Origin: an uncultured Poribacteria bacterium
GTDB lineage: Bacteria > Poribacteria > WGA-4E > PCPOR2b
Length of the DNA: 64,000 nucleotides
NCBI GenBank assembly: GCA_958296125.1
Contig: OY282444.1
Coordinates: forward strand, 4,633,266 to 4,697,265
Direction of reading: 5' to 3'
Shown here: positions 39,122 to 49,065 of the stretch, piece by piece
Numbering within the stretch: position 1 is the first letter of the stretch
Layout of the letters: each line of letters starts with the position of its first letter
Position numbers and translations under genes: made by a program
Notes under the pieces: generated by a model
The model's database searches: none
What the model was told of the DNA's origin: nothing
The model's input: the letters and a program-made list of their open reading frames with translations, nothing else

Positions 39122-40469
39122 CAACCTTTAGTCCTTCCCCAATTTTCTTCAAGACCACAATGTGTTCTTGTGTAATTGTCTTACCTAAGTCACCGGGGAT
39201 ATTACTTGGGGAATTTTTGTGAGGCATTCTTTTGTTTGGGATGTTACGGTAGAACCGATCCACATACTCAAATCCACAACGTTCAGCAATTTCAATAAGG
39301 ATACGATCTGTGGGAATTGGAATACGCTTGACCGTTCGGTTCCCTACGACGAAACAAGCTTTTGCATCCAACTTACAGACTCGGCAAAGTTCATTCAGGC
39401 ATTGTGTAAAATCGTAATAGAAATTGGCAACATCTAAGGCTCGCTTTTCATCTTCCGTTGCAACCTGATTAAGAATTTTTCTCAGAGTGGGTGTTTGTGC
39501 AGCAGCCTCTAACGTTACAACCCGCCGCCCTCCGAGTAAACGACTGTCGATATTGCGGATATCTTCCCATGAGAGTCCCAGCCACTGTAGTGAAAGTCTG
39601 GAGAATTGCCCATAAGCAACGGTCGTTCTTGAATCCCCGTATGGCGGTGAAGTCACTACAAGATCAATGCTATTGGAAGGCACAGATGTTTGGTGGCGCG
39701 CATCTTCTGGCAAGATCTTAACCCATGCGCTGCCTTTTGCTTGCTGAGTCAGCTGTGTCATGCCTCGCAAATTCCGGGCAATCTTGCTGAAGAACATTAC
39801 ACCAACATCCGGGTTATGCTGCTCCAGCTTATCTTCTGGTATTCGGAAGAGTTTGAATTCACTGTTGCGTGTGTAGGATGCTTCGCGCACTGTTTCAGAA
39901 AACGGCACCCGGAAAAACTTACAGATAGCAGGGTCTTGAATCGCAAAGATTCGCTGGTGCAATGCAGACAACTGCCGACTTACACTTGGCTTAAACCAGT
40001 AATCCATGTTGAAAAAATTAGGGATCGGAGCAAACTCAGGATCTTTCCTAATCCGTTGACAATCTTGCTCAAAACCATCAAGAAGACATAATGCGTGGTG
40101 CTGAAGACGGGTAGTATCAAGCAAAGTTGTTTTGGCACGGGCAATCAGTAAAGCAAGTGGGTTGATATCAATGCCCCAAGCGTTTAAATTCGCCATGTGT
40201 GCTTCCACAAGCGTCGTACCCGAACCGCAAAATGGATCAAGGAGTGTCATTCCACATCGTCCAAACATGGAAATCAGTCGTCGTGCGACCTGCGGAATCA
40301 TCATGGCCGGGTAGGTGTGGAAGCAATGCGTTTCTGTTTTGGTATCGGCTGTCACATAATCCCAGTCTCCAGATTCAGACGAGCGATTTTCTGTTGCTCT
40401 CTTGATATAGGGCAGTGTTAATTGTTCACGAACTAACCCTAGTTGATCAGATCCCTCAATTTGATTCAT
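39111..40469 (-). CDS. Amino-DNA methyltransferase, probably m4C alpha class (M.MvaI/M.PspGI-like)
   Basis: HTYPAMMIP; LDPFCGSGTT precedes VTSPPYGDSRTTVAY. Confidence 0.88.
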   Translation of the reverse strand: MNQIEGSDQLGLVREQLTLPYIKRATENRSSESGDWDYVTADTKTETHCFHTYPAMMIPQVARRLISMFGRCGMTLLDPFCGSGTTLVEAHMANLNAWGIDINPLALLIARAKTTLLDTTRLQHHALCLLDGFEQDCQRIRKDPEFAPIPNFFNMDYWFKPSVSRQLSALHQRIFAIQDPAICKFFRVPFSETVREASYTRNSEFKLFRIPEDKLEQHNPDVGVMFFSKIARNLRGMTQLTQQAKGSAWVKILPEDARHQTSVPSNSIDLVVTSPPYGDSRTTVAYGQFSRLSLQWLGLSWEDIRNIDSRLLGGRRVVTLEAAAQTPTLRKILNQVATEDEKRALDVANFYYDFTQCLNELCRVCKLDAKACFVVGNRTVKRIPIPTDRILIEIAERCGFEYVDRFYRNIPNKRMPHKNSPSNIPGDLGKTITQEHIVVLKKIGEGLKVDVN

Positions 40470-40492
40470 ATTTCTTCATCCCCTCTAGGCTT

Positions 40493-41581
40493 TTACTGTT
40501 CCCTAACAATAATTCCACCGGCTTGGGTCGAGTCAACCGCACGTGTGTTCGTCTCCAAGTGATCTCGATAGATGTCATAGGCAGTTTTCGCCGCTGCCTC
40601 AACTTCGTAGTGTAAAACAAATACCATCATCGTATCGATCCAGTCAGTAGAGGATGTTTTGTGTAGATATGCAGCAGAGCACCCTGTTACGCTTGGATTA
40701 AATTCTAGCAAACGTTCGGGCAGGAAACGGTGGATTCCCTTCAAAGTTACACCGGAGGGGAAGTATTTTTCGCTATGAGGCACCCTGTTTTTTGAAGGAA
40801 GGCGGGTCAGAAGATGTGGTGTTGTCAGTGGATCTTTGATGCGCTCGGCAGTTGCTTTAGCCAGTTCAACCATGCCCTCTTTAATCTGACTTGCAAATTC
40901 GTATCCCTCAATTTGTATGAAGTATTTGCCTTTCCAGCAGTTAAGTCCTCGTCCAGAAACGATTGCTCTGCTGCCGACCCATTCAAATTCATCTTGTGGA
41001 TAGCGATTGCGGCTATAGATGCCGAAAGCATTCTCTGGAGTGCCCATGTCGAAAACCTCTAAAAGAATCAGCGGCTGAGATCCAAGTCGAGGTGTTTGAT
41101 ATTCGACGGTCGCCCCTTCGATAAACCCGTAGTTGTGATATAATTCCGGGTTTCCACCGATTACATTTTTGTACAAAGCTTTCCCAATATCAACGCTCGG
41201 TTTCCCCGCTCTGACCCAGTGAGATGCCTCTCCATTTGCAGGCAATAGGTCCATCGGTTTGGCGGTTGTGATTAAGGGGAGCGAATCCATCTGAGGCAGT
41301 GTTTCCGTCCGCGTTCCGACTTCGCCGAGCATCCTCGATGAAACCGGGACTTGAGTGATTTGGCGTGATAGTCCTTTCGCCGCCTTAGCGGTTCGAGCTT
41401 TCCACACGCCATAGACATACTGCCCATTCTGGCTCACAGCCGTATAATTGCCTTGTTCGGCCTGACACGAAAGAAACAGCAGCGCGCAAGATACATGAAC
41501 AATCCAAAGATACTGCCGCCATCGATGAGAAATCTGAAAATGTGGGGTACAAAACGTGATACGTGATACGTGATAAGTCAC
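40493..41581 (-). CDS. Exported hypothetical protein (DUF6599-like); true start probably downstream
   Basis: LEVFDMGTPENAFGIYS, WKGKYFIQI; lipobox-like LFLSC; first codons come from a heptamer repeat. Confidence 0.6.
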   Translation of the reverse strand: MTYHVSRITFCTPHFQISHRWRQYLWIVHVSCALLFLSCQAEQGNYTAVSQNGQYVYGVWKARTAKAAKGLSRQITQVPVSSRMLGEVGTRTETLPQMDSLPLITTAKPMDLLPANGEASHWVRAGKPSVDIGKALYKNVIGGNPELYHNYGFIEGATVEYQTPRLGSQPLILLEVFDMGTPENAFGIYSRNRYPQDEFEWVGSRAIVSGRGLNCWKGKYFIQIEGYEFASQIKEGMVELAKATAERIKDPLTTPHLLTRLPSKNRVPHSEKYFPSGVTLKGIHRFLPERLLEFNPSVTGCSAAYLHKTSSTDWIDTMMVFVLHYEVEAAAKTAYDIYRDHLETNTRAVDSTQAGGIIVREQ

Positions 41582-41615
41582 AGCTTTATGGTCTCATAAG
41601 CATGTGTCTATGAGC

Positions 41616-42200
41616 CTACCATTGTTCAGCGAGCGTGCTGTAGAAATCGTCGACTAATTCTTGAATGAGTCGTCTTTGCGCCTCTTCGCGCGTTTCTGGC
41701 GGCTCCCCCTGACCCGAAACAATATAGAAATCATGAATTTGGAAATAGTTATCTCTACGATCGATGATTTTGTTCTGGACACGATCCCGAAATTCATACT
41801 CAATCTCTAAACTCATGCGAAATTGCTCAGGCTGATTGTTAGCATTATAACGATAGGGTTCGAGATGGTAATCCAAAATAATCACATCGAGTTGTGCATC
41901 ATTGCCATCGCGCCATTTCTGGTTAAAACGGTCAATGAGTGCTTCCCGAATCGCTTCATCGTGTGGATTACCGGAAGTATCAAATGTGAAATCTGGATCC
42001 TGAATCTCAATCGGTGAAATCGTAATTGTCTTTATATGACTGAGATAGTTTGAGGTTGACACATAACCGCACCCCAAAACTATAAAGATCGGAATCCAGA
42101 CACTCGGAATCCAGACACCTAGGGAAAGCGCAGCACGTAATGTAGCAACGAATCGCACAAATTTTCGTCCGGTGGATGAGGAAAGCAAAGGGGGTTTCAT
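41616..42200 (-). CDS. LptE-like lipoprotein
   Basis: VLGCGY lipobox, LSHIKTITI, C-terminal helix ending in W. Confidence 0.65.
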   Translation of the reverse strand: MKPPLLSSSTGRKFVRFVATLRAALSLGVWIPSVWIPIFIVLGCGYVSTSNYLSHIKTITISPIEIQDPDFTFDTSGNPHDEAIREALIDRFNQKWRDGNDAQLDVIILDYHLEPYRYNANNQPEQFRMSLEIEYEFRDRVQNKIIDRRDNYFQIHDFYIVSGQGEPPETREEAQRRLIQELVDDFYSTLAEQW

Positions 42201-42259
42201 CTCAAACCTCTGGAGTGAGTATCCGACATATCTAGCGGATTGGATAGGGGAGGGGTGAA

Positions 42260-42469
42260 CTATTCTAAACCGAATCCCAGTTTTGCGGATTTAACAATCC
42301 ATTTCGCTTGGTGGATTATCCATTCCCGACGGGTCACAGCGAGAACAAAAACACCCCCAAGAAGAACCAGAATAAATGTCAACAGATAGGTCAACCATTT
42401 CTGATCGAGGAGATCCCGCTCTTTGTTAATTAGCCTTCTCGTCCTTCGGATGGGGTACTTGGCTTGCAT
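42260..42469 (-). CDS. Small single-TM hypothetical protein
   Basis: 69 aa, basic N-terminus plus one TM helix; co-oriented with neighbours. Confidence 0.45.
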   Translation of the reverse strand: MQAKYPIRRTRRLINKERDLLDQKWLTYLLTFILVLLGGVFVLAVTRREWIIHQAKWIVKSAKLGFGLE

Positions 42470-42591
42470 TTGAAATAACTGTTATTCTACCCCCGAAAAT
42501 GTGAAATGTGCCGCAACAAAATATTGAAGAATCCGCCCGGTGACACTCGCCGATTAATGAAGCGCGAACCTTCAAACGTTACGAGTAATTC

Positions 42592-42629
42592 GTGAGATGT
42601 GAGAGCCCAATGCTTCCCTCACATCTCAT
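42592..42629 (-). terminator. Hairpin downstream of pnp
   Basis: tgagatgtgag...ctcacatctca inverted repeat. Confidence 0.55.
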
Positions 42630-42694
42630 GCTATGGATGGTATTTCGACCAATAGCACCCATCTTCTCACGTATTTAGCAATAGTCGCACTGCA

Positions 42695-44926
42695 CTAAAA
42701 TCTACCTTTGGGGATTCTTGGCGGTCGACGGTCTCGTGAATCGCTGCCACGATTCTGACGAGAGTTGCGAGAATCACGCTGTCCTCTACCTGAACGGTTG
42801 TCCCGTGGACGTCCCCCCCGCTCGGATGAAGTGAGATCTCCGGTTGCTGGGTTACTTGCAAGCGTCAGGTCAACGCGACCCTGGTCATCAATCTCAATGA
42901 CACGGACAGCCACCTCATCACCGATGTTCATCACATCTTCAACCTGTCGGACGTATCCATCCCCCATTTGGGAGATATGAAGCAATCCATCCTGGCCGGG
43001 TATAATTTCGATAAACGCGCCAAATGATGTGATACGGGTCACTTTTCCGGGGTACTCTTTGCCAACCTCAGGAATTGCGGTAATGGCGAGAATCATTTCT
43101 TCGGCCTTGCTAGCAGCTTCAGCATTGAATGATGAAAGCTCGACCCTCCCATCGTCCTCAATGTCGATCGTCACACCGGTTTCCTCTTGAATCGCTTGAA
43201 CGGTTTTGCCGCGTGGGCCGATCAAGTCTTTGATTTTGGATGGCGAAATGTGGATTTCATAGATACGTGGCGCATACGGAGAAATCTCAGCGCGCGGTTG
43301 AGCAATAATTGCATTCATCTTATCCAGAACAACCAGACGCGCTTCTTTCGCTTGATGGATAGCTCTCCGCATCAAATCCGGTGTCACACCGTCAATTTTG
43401 ATGTCCATCTGGACAGCGGTGATGCCATCCTGAGTCCCGGCGACCTTAAAGTCCATGTCACCGAGGAAGTCCTCCGTGCCGAGCATATCCGTCAAGATGA
43501 CCTCGCGATCACCTTCCTTAATCAATCCAACACCCACCCCCGCTACCGGCTTCTTGATAGGCACCCCCGCGTCCAATAATGAAAGGGTTACACCACACAC
43601 GCTTGCCATGGAGGAAGACGCGTTCGATTCAAGAATCTCCGATACTGCACGAATTGTGTATCGGAACTCATCTCGATCGGGAATGACCGGCTGAATTGCC
43701 TTCTCAGCGAGAGCCCCGTGACCGATTTCCCTTCGCCCTGGGCCCATAATTCGCTTGACTTCGCCGGTGCTGTATGGTGGGAAATTGTAGTGGAGAAAGA
43801 AGTATTTTCTAACCTCTCCGATCAAGGAACGGTTCACATCTTCGTCACCTTTGGTCCCGAGTGTCGTCACACAAAGGGCTTGGGTTTGTCCACGGGTAAA
43901 GAGTGCTGACCCGTGTACGCGAGGTAGGACCGCAACCTCACCTGAAATGTCTCGAACATCTGTGACACCCCGTCCATCAACACGTTTTCCTTGGTTTAAG
44001 ATTGACTGGCGCATCTCTTCCTTCTCAATGTCGTCTAATATCGAAATGGCATCCTTCCTGACCTCAGGCCCATCTTCTTCTACTTCAACATCATCAAGAA
44101 TTTCCAACAGAATATCTGCCTGCACCTGTTCGAGATAGCCTTCGCGGTCTTGCTTCTGGTCCATGCCGATGGATTCACGAATCCTTCCTGTAGCGAGGTT
44201 TTGGATACGTGAGCGCAGTCCCTCATCGATCTCTTTCATTTTGTAATCGCGGGTAGGCTTTCCACATAGTGCAATTAAACCTTCCTGAAGTTTGGTAATT
44301 TCTTTAATCTCTTGGTGAGCTGCTACAATTGCATCAATCACCTCATCTTCCGGCACCTCGTGCGCTCCACCTTCGACAGACATGACCGCATCGGTTGTCC
44401 CACTGACGAAAAATTCTAATTCACCCTTTTCTAATTCTTCATAAGTCGGATTGACGCAAAATTCCCCATCTAGCCTTCCAATTGTGACAGCACCGACAGG
44501 TCCGTTAAACGGTATGTCAGAGATACTGAGGGCTGCCGATGTTCCAATGAGGGCAGGCACATCAGCGGGGTGGATCTGATCAGAAGCAAGCACCGTGCAC
44601 ATGACCTGTACTTCGACTTGGAAATCCTTAGGGAAAAGGGGACGAATACAGTGATCAATTAGACGTGCTGTCAAGAGCTCATTTCCACCGGGGCGTGGTT
44701 CACGCCTACCATAGACACCGGGGATGCGCCCTGCTGCATAAGATTTTTCACGATAGTCTACGGTTAACGGAAAGAAGTCTAGATTCGATTCCCTCTTATC
44801 AGCGACGACTGCCACTAAGACAACCGTTCCACCGTATTGTACCCAAACCGCACCATCTGCTTGTTTGGCAACCTTTCCTGTCTCGATTGAGAGCTTTTCG
44901 CTCCCAAGCTGCATTTCAACTTTCAA
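42695..44926 (-). CDS. pnp: Polyribonucleotide nucleotidyltransferase
   Basis: FFPLTVDY, RREIGHG, GDMDFKVAGT, KH and S1 domains. Confidence 0.98.
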   Translation of the reverse strand: MKVEMQLGSEKLSIETGKVAKQADGAVWVQYGGTVVLVAVVADKRESNLDFFPLTVDYREKSYAAGRIPGVYGRREPRPGGNELLTARLIDHCIRPLFPKDFQVEVQVMCTVLASDQIHPADVPALIGTSAALSISDIPFNGPVGAVTIGRLDGEFCVNPTYEELEKGELEFFVSGTTDAVMSVEGGAHEVPEDEVIDAIVAAHQEIKEITKLQEGLIALCGKPTRDYKMKEIDEGLRSRIQNLATGRIRESIGMDQKQDREGYLEQVQADILLEILDDVEVEEDGPEVRKDAISILDDIEKEEMRQSILNQGKRVDGRGVTDVRDISGEVAVLPRVHGSALFTRGQTQALCVTTLGTKGDEDVNRSLIGEVRKYFFLHYNFPPYSTGEVKRIMGPGRREIGHGALAEKAIQPVIPDRDEFRYTIRAVSEILESNASSSMASVCGVTLSLLDAGVPIKKPVAGVGVGLIKEGDREVILTDMLGTEDFLGDMDFKVAGTQDGITAVQMDIKIDGVTPDLMRRAIHQAKEARLVVLDKMNAIIAQPRAEISPYAPRIYEIHISPSKIKDLIGPRGKTVQAIQEETGVTIDIEDDGRVELSSFNAEAASKAEEMILAITAIPEVGKEYPGKVTRITSFGAFIEIIPGQDGLLHISQMGDGYVRQVEDVMNIGDEVAVRVIEIDDQGRVDLTLASNPATGDLTSSERGGRPRDNRSGRGQRDSRNSRQNRGSDSRDRRPPRIPKGRF

Positions 44927-44961
44927 TATCTTTCCTCCTTACAACGTTCTACGGTGGTTTA

Positions 44962-45252
44962 CTAGCTTCTCCTGCCTGAAATCGTGTCACGAATGCCAAG
45001 TTGAGTAATCAGATTCCGATACCGTTGAACATCTCGTTTGTGTAGATAACGCAATAAGCGACGTTGTTTGCTCACGAGTCTAAACAGTCCCTGTCTCGAA
45101 TGATGGTCTTTTCTATGGATCCGAAAATGTTCCGTCAACTCCCGGATGCGAGTATGGATAATTGCCACCTGGACTTCCGGTGACCCGGTATCGCTATCAT
45201 GGGTTTTATACGCTTCGACCAGTTCCTTTTTCCGCTTAACTGCCAACACCAT
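44962..45252 (-). CDS. rpsO: 30S ribosomal protein S15
   Basis: DTGSPEVQVA, KDHHSRQGL. Confidence 0.98.
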   Translation of the reverse strand: MVLAVKRKKELVEAYKTHDSDTGSPEVQVAIIHTRIRELTEHFRIHRKDHHSRQGLFRLVSKQRRLLRYLHKRDVQRYRNLITQLGIRDTISGRRS

Positions 45253-45378
45253 GCAGATTCACCTCCTTTTTCATATTTTCTTTTCAGATGCAATACGTTT
45301 TTTACATATACACGCGGGTTAATATACCACAAACCGGAGTGTTTTGTAAATCAAATTTTCTGCCAATCTAAGTGGGAT

Positions 45379-46329
45379 TCAGCAGCAATGAGCATTTCTG
45401 TCCCGCATTCGATTCAGAATGGCTTTAGCTGTAGCAATGTCCTGCTTAATCTGATCGATTAACATCTCTGGATTTGGAAATTTCCGTTCTTCCCGGATTT
45501 TTTCGATGAAGAAAACCTCCATCTTTGCTCCGTATACCATTTTCTCAAAATCGAATAGGTGGGCTTCAATCTGGAATTTTGCTCCATCAAACGTGGGTCT
45601 TGCCCCCATATTCAGCACACCGTCAAACATACGCCCTTCTAACTTGACCCGGATGGCGTAAACCCCGCTTGGCGGCAGCATCTGATTGCCAGCGTCAATG
45701 TTGGCAGTAGGAAACCCAATCTGCCTCCCCCGCCCCTCGCCCTTTACTATCTCACCCATGATTGAGTATCGGTGTCCTAGGAGCTCAGATACTAGATCAA
45801 GGTTACTTTTTGCAATGGCTTCACGGACCCGCGTGCTATGAACAGGTGCACCATGAAGTTGCACGGGGCCAACAATCATCACACCAAATTGGTACTGATC
45901 CCCAAGTTGTTTCAAGGCTTCTGCGTTGCCAGATCGCCCTTTGCCAAACTGCCAATCGTAACCAATAATAACCTGTCTAGCATGCAATCGTTGCAATAGC
46001 ACTTGCTGAACAAAGGTATCCGGGGACATTTGTTGTAAATATGCATCAAAGCGTGCAAAGATCACAGCATCAACACCGAGTTGCTCTAATATCTCAATCT
46101 TCTTGGGAAGGGTTGTCAAAGCTGGAGGACATCTTTCAGGAGCAAGGAAAGCCACGGGCGGCGGGTCAAAGGTCAGCACAAAACTCGCTAGTTTGAATTT
46201 TTCGGATTGCGTCAATACCTGCTGGATGACCGCTTGATGTCCAATGTGTAGTCCATCAAACACACCAACGGTAACAATAGACTCCTGAAAAAATTCAGAA
46301 GGCGTTTCTAGATCGTAGTAAATCTGCAA
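45379..46329 (-). CDS. ribF: Riboflavin kinase/FAD synthetase
   Basis: GVFDGLHIGH, GRQIGFPTAN, IEAHLFDF. Confidence 0.96.
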   Translation of the reverse strand: MQIYYDLETPSEFFQESIVTVGVFDGLHIGHQAVIQQVLTQSEKFKLASFVLTFDPPPVAFLAPERCPPALTTLPKKIEILEQLGVDAVIFARFDAYLQQMSPDTFVQQVLLQRLHARQVIIGYDWQFGKGRSGNAEALKQLGDQYQFGVMIVGPVQLHGAPVHSTRVREAIAKSNLDLVSELLGHRYSIMGEIVKGEGRGRQIGFPTANIDAGNQMLPPSGVYAIRVKLEGRMFDGVLNMGARPTFDGAKFQIEAHLFDFEKMVYGAKMEVFFIEKIREERKFPNPEMLIDQIKQDIATAKAILNRMRDRNAHCC

Positions 46330-46360
46330 GATTCAATCTCCAGAGACCAACGATTGAAAA

Positions 46361-47086
46361 TCATCGAGTCAATCCCAACTGCCGATTCAGCATATCATCA
46401 ACAGCATCAATTGGGGTCACAGCCTGATAAGCAAATTCGGGGGTACGCTCAAGGCTATCGAATGTATGTGCACCCTCAATCTTGAATACGCCCGATCGAG
46501 TGCGAGTAAGTGCTGAAAGGTGGGCACCACAACCCAATGCTGTTCCAATATCTGCAGCAAGGACTCGGATATACGTTCCTTTGGAACAAACAACTCGGAA
46601 ATGGACTTCGGGGATATTAAATGATAGCAATTCGATAGATTCAATGAAGATCCGTCTCGGGCGGCGTTTGACTTCAAATCCTCGGCGTGCCAATTTGTAT
46701 AACGGTTTCCCTTTATGCTTGACTGCAGAAAACATCGGCGGTATCTGCTCAATTTCCCCAACAAACTTTTGGCAGACGGATCGAATTTGATCGGGAGTTA
46801 TTTGACTCGTGTCCGCGGTCTTGATAATCTGTCCATTAGCGTCAAGGCTATCTGTTGCGATACCCAATGTAAGCGTCCCTTCGTATTCTTTTGTGCCAAC
46901 CTGTAATGCTTCAAATAGTTTTGTTCCATCTCCTAGACAAATGAGTAACACGCCGGTGGCATCCGGATCGAGCGTGCCCCCATGGCCCGCTTTCTTTACA
47001 TCTAGTAGGCGTTTCACGCAATCAACAGCCTGTCTTGAGGTAATCTTTGGGGGTTTATTCAGATTGAGAACACCGTGAATGCCCAT
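46361..47086 (-). CDS. truB: tRNA pseudouridine(55) synthase
   Basis: KAGHGGTLDP, PPMFSA, CSKGTYIR. Confidence 0.96.
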   Translation of the reverse strand: MGIHGVLNLNKPPKITSRQAVDCVKRLLDVKKAGHGGTLDPDATGVLLICLGDGTKLFEALQVGTKEYEGTLTLGIATDSLDANGQIIKTADTSQITPDQIRSVCQKFVGEIEQIPPMFSAVKHKGKPLYKLARRGFEVKRRPRRIFIESIELLSFNIPEVHFRVVCSKGTYIRVLAADIGTALGCGAHLSALTRTRSGVFKIEGAHTFDSLERTPEFAYQAVTPIDAVDDMLNRQLGLTR

Positions 47087-47313
47087 TGTCCATCAAGTGG
47101 CGGTTCATCAAAGAAATTCGACTAACCCCACCGCCATTTGTCAGCCAATGATTATAAAATCACAGATCTATATCATATCTGCAAAATGGCTTTTAAGGAT
47201 CGGTCGTTCCGAGTTATATGCCTAACTGTGATAATTAATCTCATGCCTGACAGCGAAATCCGCCCCAATCTCCTAACACATCGCTGTTAATCAGCATCCC
47301 TTTTAATTCAAAT

Positions 47314-48324
47314 TCATCCATTCCCCATCCGTTGCTGCGTTATTGCCACCAGTTGTGCTACTGCCTCTTCATAGGGCGCATCAATCTCACAGCCGGCAGC
47401 ACGCTGATGGCCCCCACCGCCAAACGCGGAAGCAATTTCGCCAACATCAACAAACGATTTACTCCGCAGGCTTACCTTCGATTCACCATTCTTCTGCTCG
47501 CTGACAAGGATTGCTACCTCAACAGTGTCAACTGAACGGATATGATTAATAAACCCGTCCACATCCTCGCGGGTCGTTCCGGTTTTACGAAACATCTCCT
47601 GTGTTGCATACAACCAGCCGATTTTGCCATTCGGTGTCATGCCAAGCGTTTGGAAAACTTCACCAAGCAGAAGAATAGTTCCAACAGGTAAAGTCTCGTA
47701 TACGGCGCGATATACTTCATCAACGGAAATCCCTTCCTTAATCAGTTCCGCCGCAACATGGTGAGCCGTGGGTGTCGAATTTGAATATCGAAAACAACCT
47801 GTATCGAACATAATCCCTGTGTAAAGGCAAAGGGCTCGCTTTTTCCCTATTGGGGTGCCGTGGTGCCGGATCAACCGATAGATAATCTCCGATGTCGATG
47901 ATGCGTCCGTTTCGACGAGGTTGTAGTCTCCAAAGTGATCAGCGGCGGTGTGGTGATCAATGTTGACAGTTGCTTTGGTTGGAATCAGGGAGTGAGACAG
48001 GGATTCACCGATGCGCTTCAACACGCCTGCGTCCAGAACGACTAAAACTTCGGGAAAATCGTTTTGAAGGGCTTTGGCGGGCAAAATGGCATCGTAAAAG
48101 GGAAGAAATCTGTAATTCTTCGGCGCAGTATCTGTGTTGAAAATTTTGACCTGTTTCCCGAGGTCCTTGAGGAAAGAGTAGAGTGCCAATTCAGATCCGA
48201 GTGCATCGCCATCCGGATTAACGTGGGTTGAGAGTGCAAAGCACTGGTGTTCGTCAAATACCTGCAAAATTGCTTGATAATCTTCCATAGCGGATGAGCT
48301 AATCTGTCTCCATTGCCTCGTCAT
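47314..48324 (-). CDS. nrnA: DHH-family oligoribonuclease/pAp phosphatase (start may be 48288)
   Basis: HVNPDGDALGS, IDHH, DTG, GGGHQRAAG. Confidence 0.9.
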   Translation of the reverse strand: MTRQWRQISSSAMEDYQAILQVFDEHQCFALSTHVNPDGDALGSELALYSFLKDLGKQVKIFNTDTAPKNYRFLPFYDAILPAKALQNDFPEVLVVLDAGVLKRIGESLSHSLIPTKATVNIDHHTAADHFGDYNLVETDASSTSEIIYRLIRHHGTPIGKKRALCLYTGIMFDTGCFRYSNSTPTAHHVAAELIKEGISVDEVYRAVYETLPVGTILLLGEVFQTLGMTPNGKIGWLYATQEMFRKTGTTREDVDGFINHIRSVDTVEVAILVSEQKNGESKVSLRSKSFVDVGEIASAFGGGGHQRAAGCEIDAPYEEAVAQLVAITQQRMGNG

Positions 48325-48688
48325 CGGCTGTCGATGAAATTCCGTCTTGGGTATGAATCCGCTTGAGTAGGCGATCTATTTGCATTAATTGATCAACAGA
48401 ATCGTCTAATTCAAAGCGCAGTTCAGGGGCGTGGCGTAAGCCAATTCGTTGCACAACTTCACGCCGTAGGAAGCCAGCGGCACTTTTGAGTCCCGTTATG
48501 GAGTTCCGTTTCTGCTTCTTGTCACCAACGACGCTCACTTTGACATCTGCATACCTCAAATCTGGAGAAACCTCAACCTGAGAGACGGTGCAAAAGCCGA
48601 CTCGCGGGTCTCTAAGCTCTCGTTGAATGATATCGCTTAACTCTCTTTGTATGAGCACGCTCACACGGTCTGTGCGTCTTCCTCGCAT
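48299..48688 (-). CDS. rbfA: Ribosome-binding factor A
   Basis: RDPRV, VSPDLRYA, PELRFELD; ATG 48688 after GAGGAAGG. Confidence 0.96.
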   Translation of the reverse strand: MRGRRTDRVSVLIQRELSDIIQRELRDPRVGFCTVSQVEVSPDLRYADVKVSVVGDKKQKRNSITGLKSAAGFLRREVVQRIGLRHAPELRFELDDSVDQLMQIDRLLKRIHTQDGISSTADDEAMETD

Positions 48689-48710
48689 TACCTTCCTCAA
48701 GTCTGCCTCA

Positions 48711-48995
48711 TCAGGACAGAATTTCAATTTCGTAGACCGTTAATTCAGCCAAAAGGGTGTCTTCAATAAAGTTGACAACGTAAGACAAAACACGATTGAG
48801 ATGCTTTGTATCATTGGAAATCGATACCACACCAAGCACAGCCCGTTGATGCGCGTCAAGTGCGTCCACCTCAGCGACAGCGATGTTAAAGCGATTTTTC
48901 AGACGGTCTGTGATGCTTTTAACGACCTGCCGCTTCTGTTTGAGCGAATGGCTGTCTGGAATGGTTAGCCAGATTGTACAAACTCCAATATGCAT
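48711..48995 (-). CDS. ylxP: DUF503 (YlxP) protein
   Basis: SLKQKRQVVKS, RFNIAVAEVD; conserved position after infB. Confidence 0.9.
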   Translation of the reverse strand: MHIGVCTIWLTIPDSHSLKQKRQVVKSITDRLKNRFNIAVAEVDALDAHQRAVLGVVSISNDTKHLNRVLSYVVNFIEDTLLAELTVYEIEILS

Positions 48996-49065
48996 AAGCG
49001 CAATGCAGTCGATACGGGGAGTTTTGGGGGAATGCTAAAGCACTCGCCGGTGTTGCCCCCCGTTT

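Noticed and set aside
42090..42118. Tandem 15-nt repeat (VWIPSVWIP) in the LptE-like signal region
   Set aside because: Only two units; a simple local duplication
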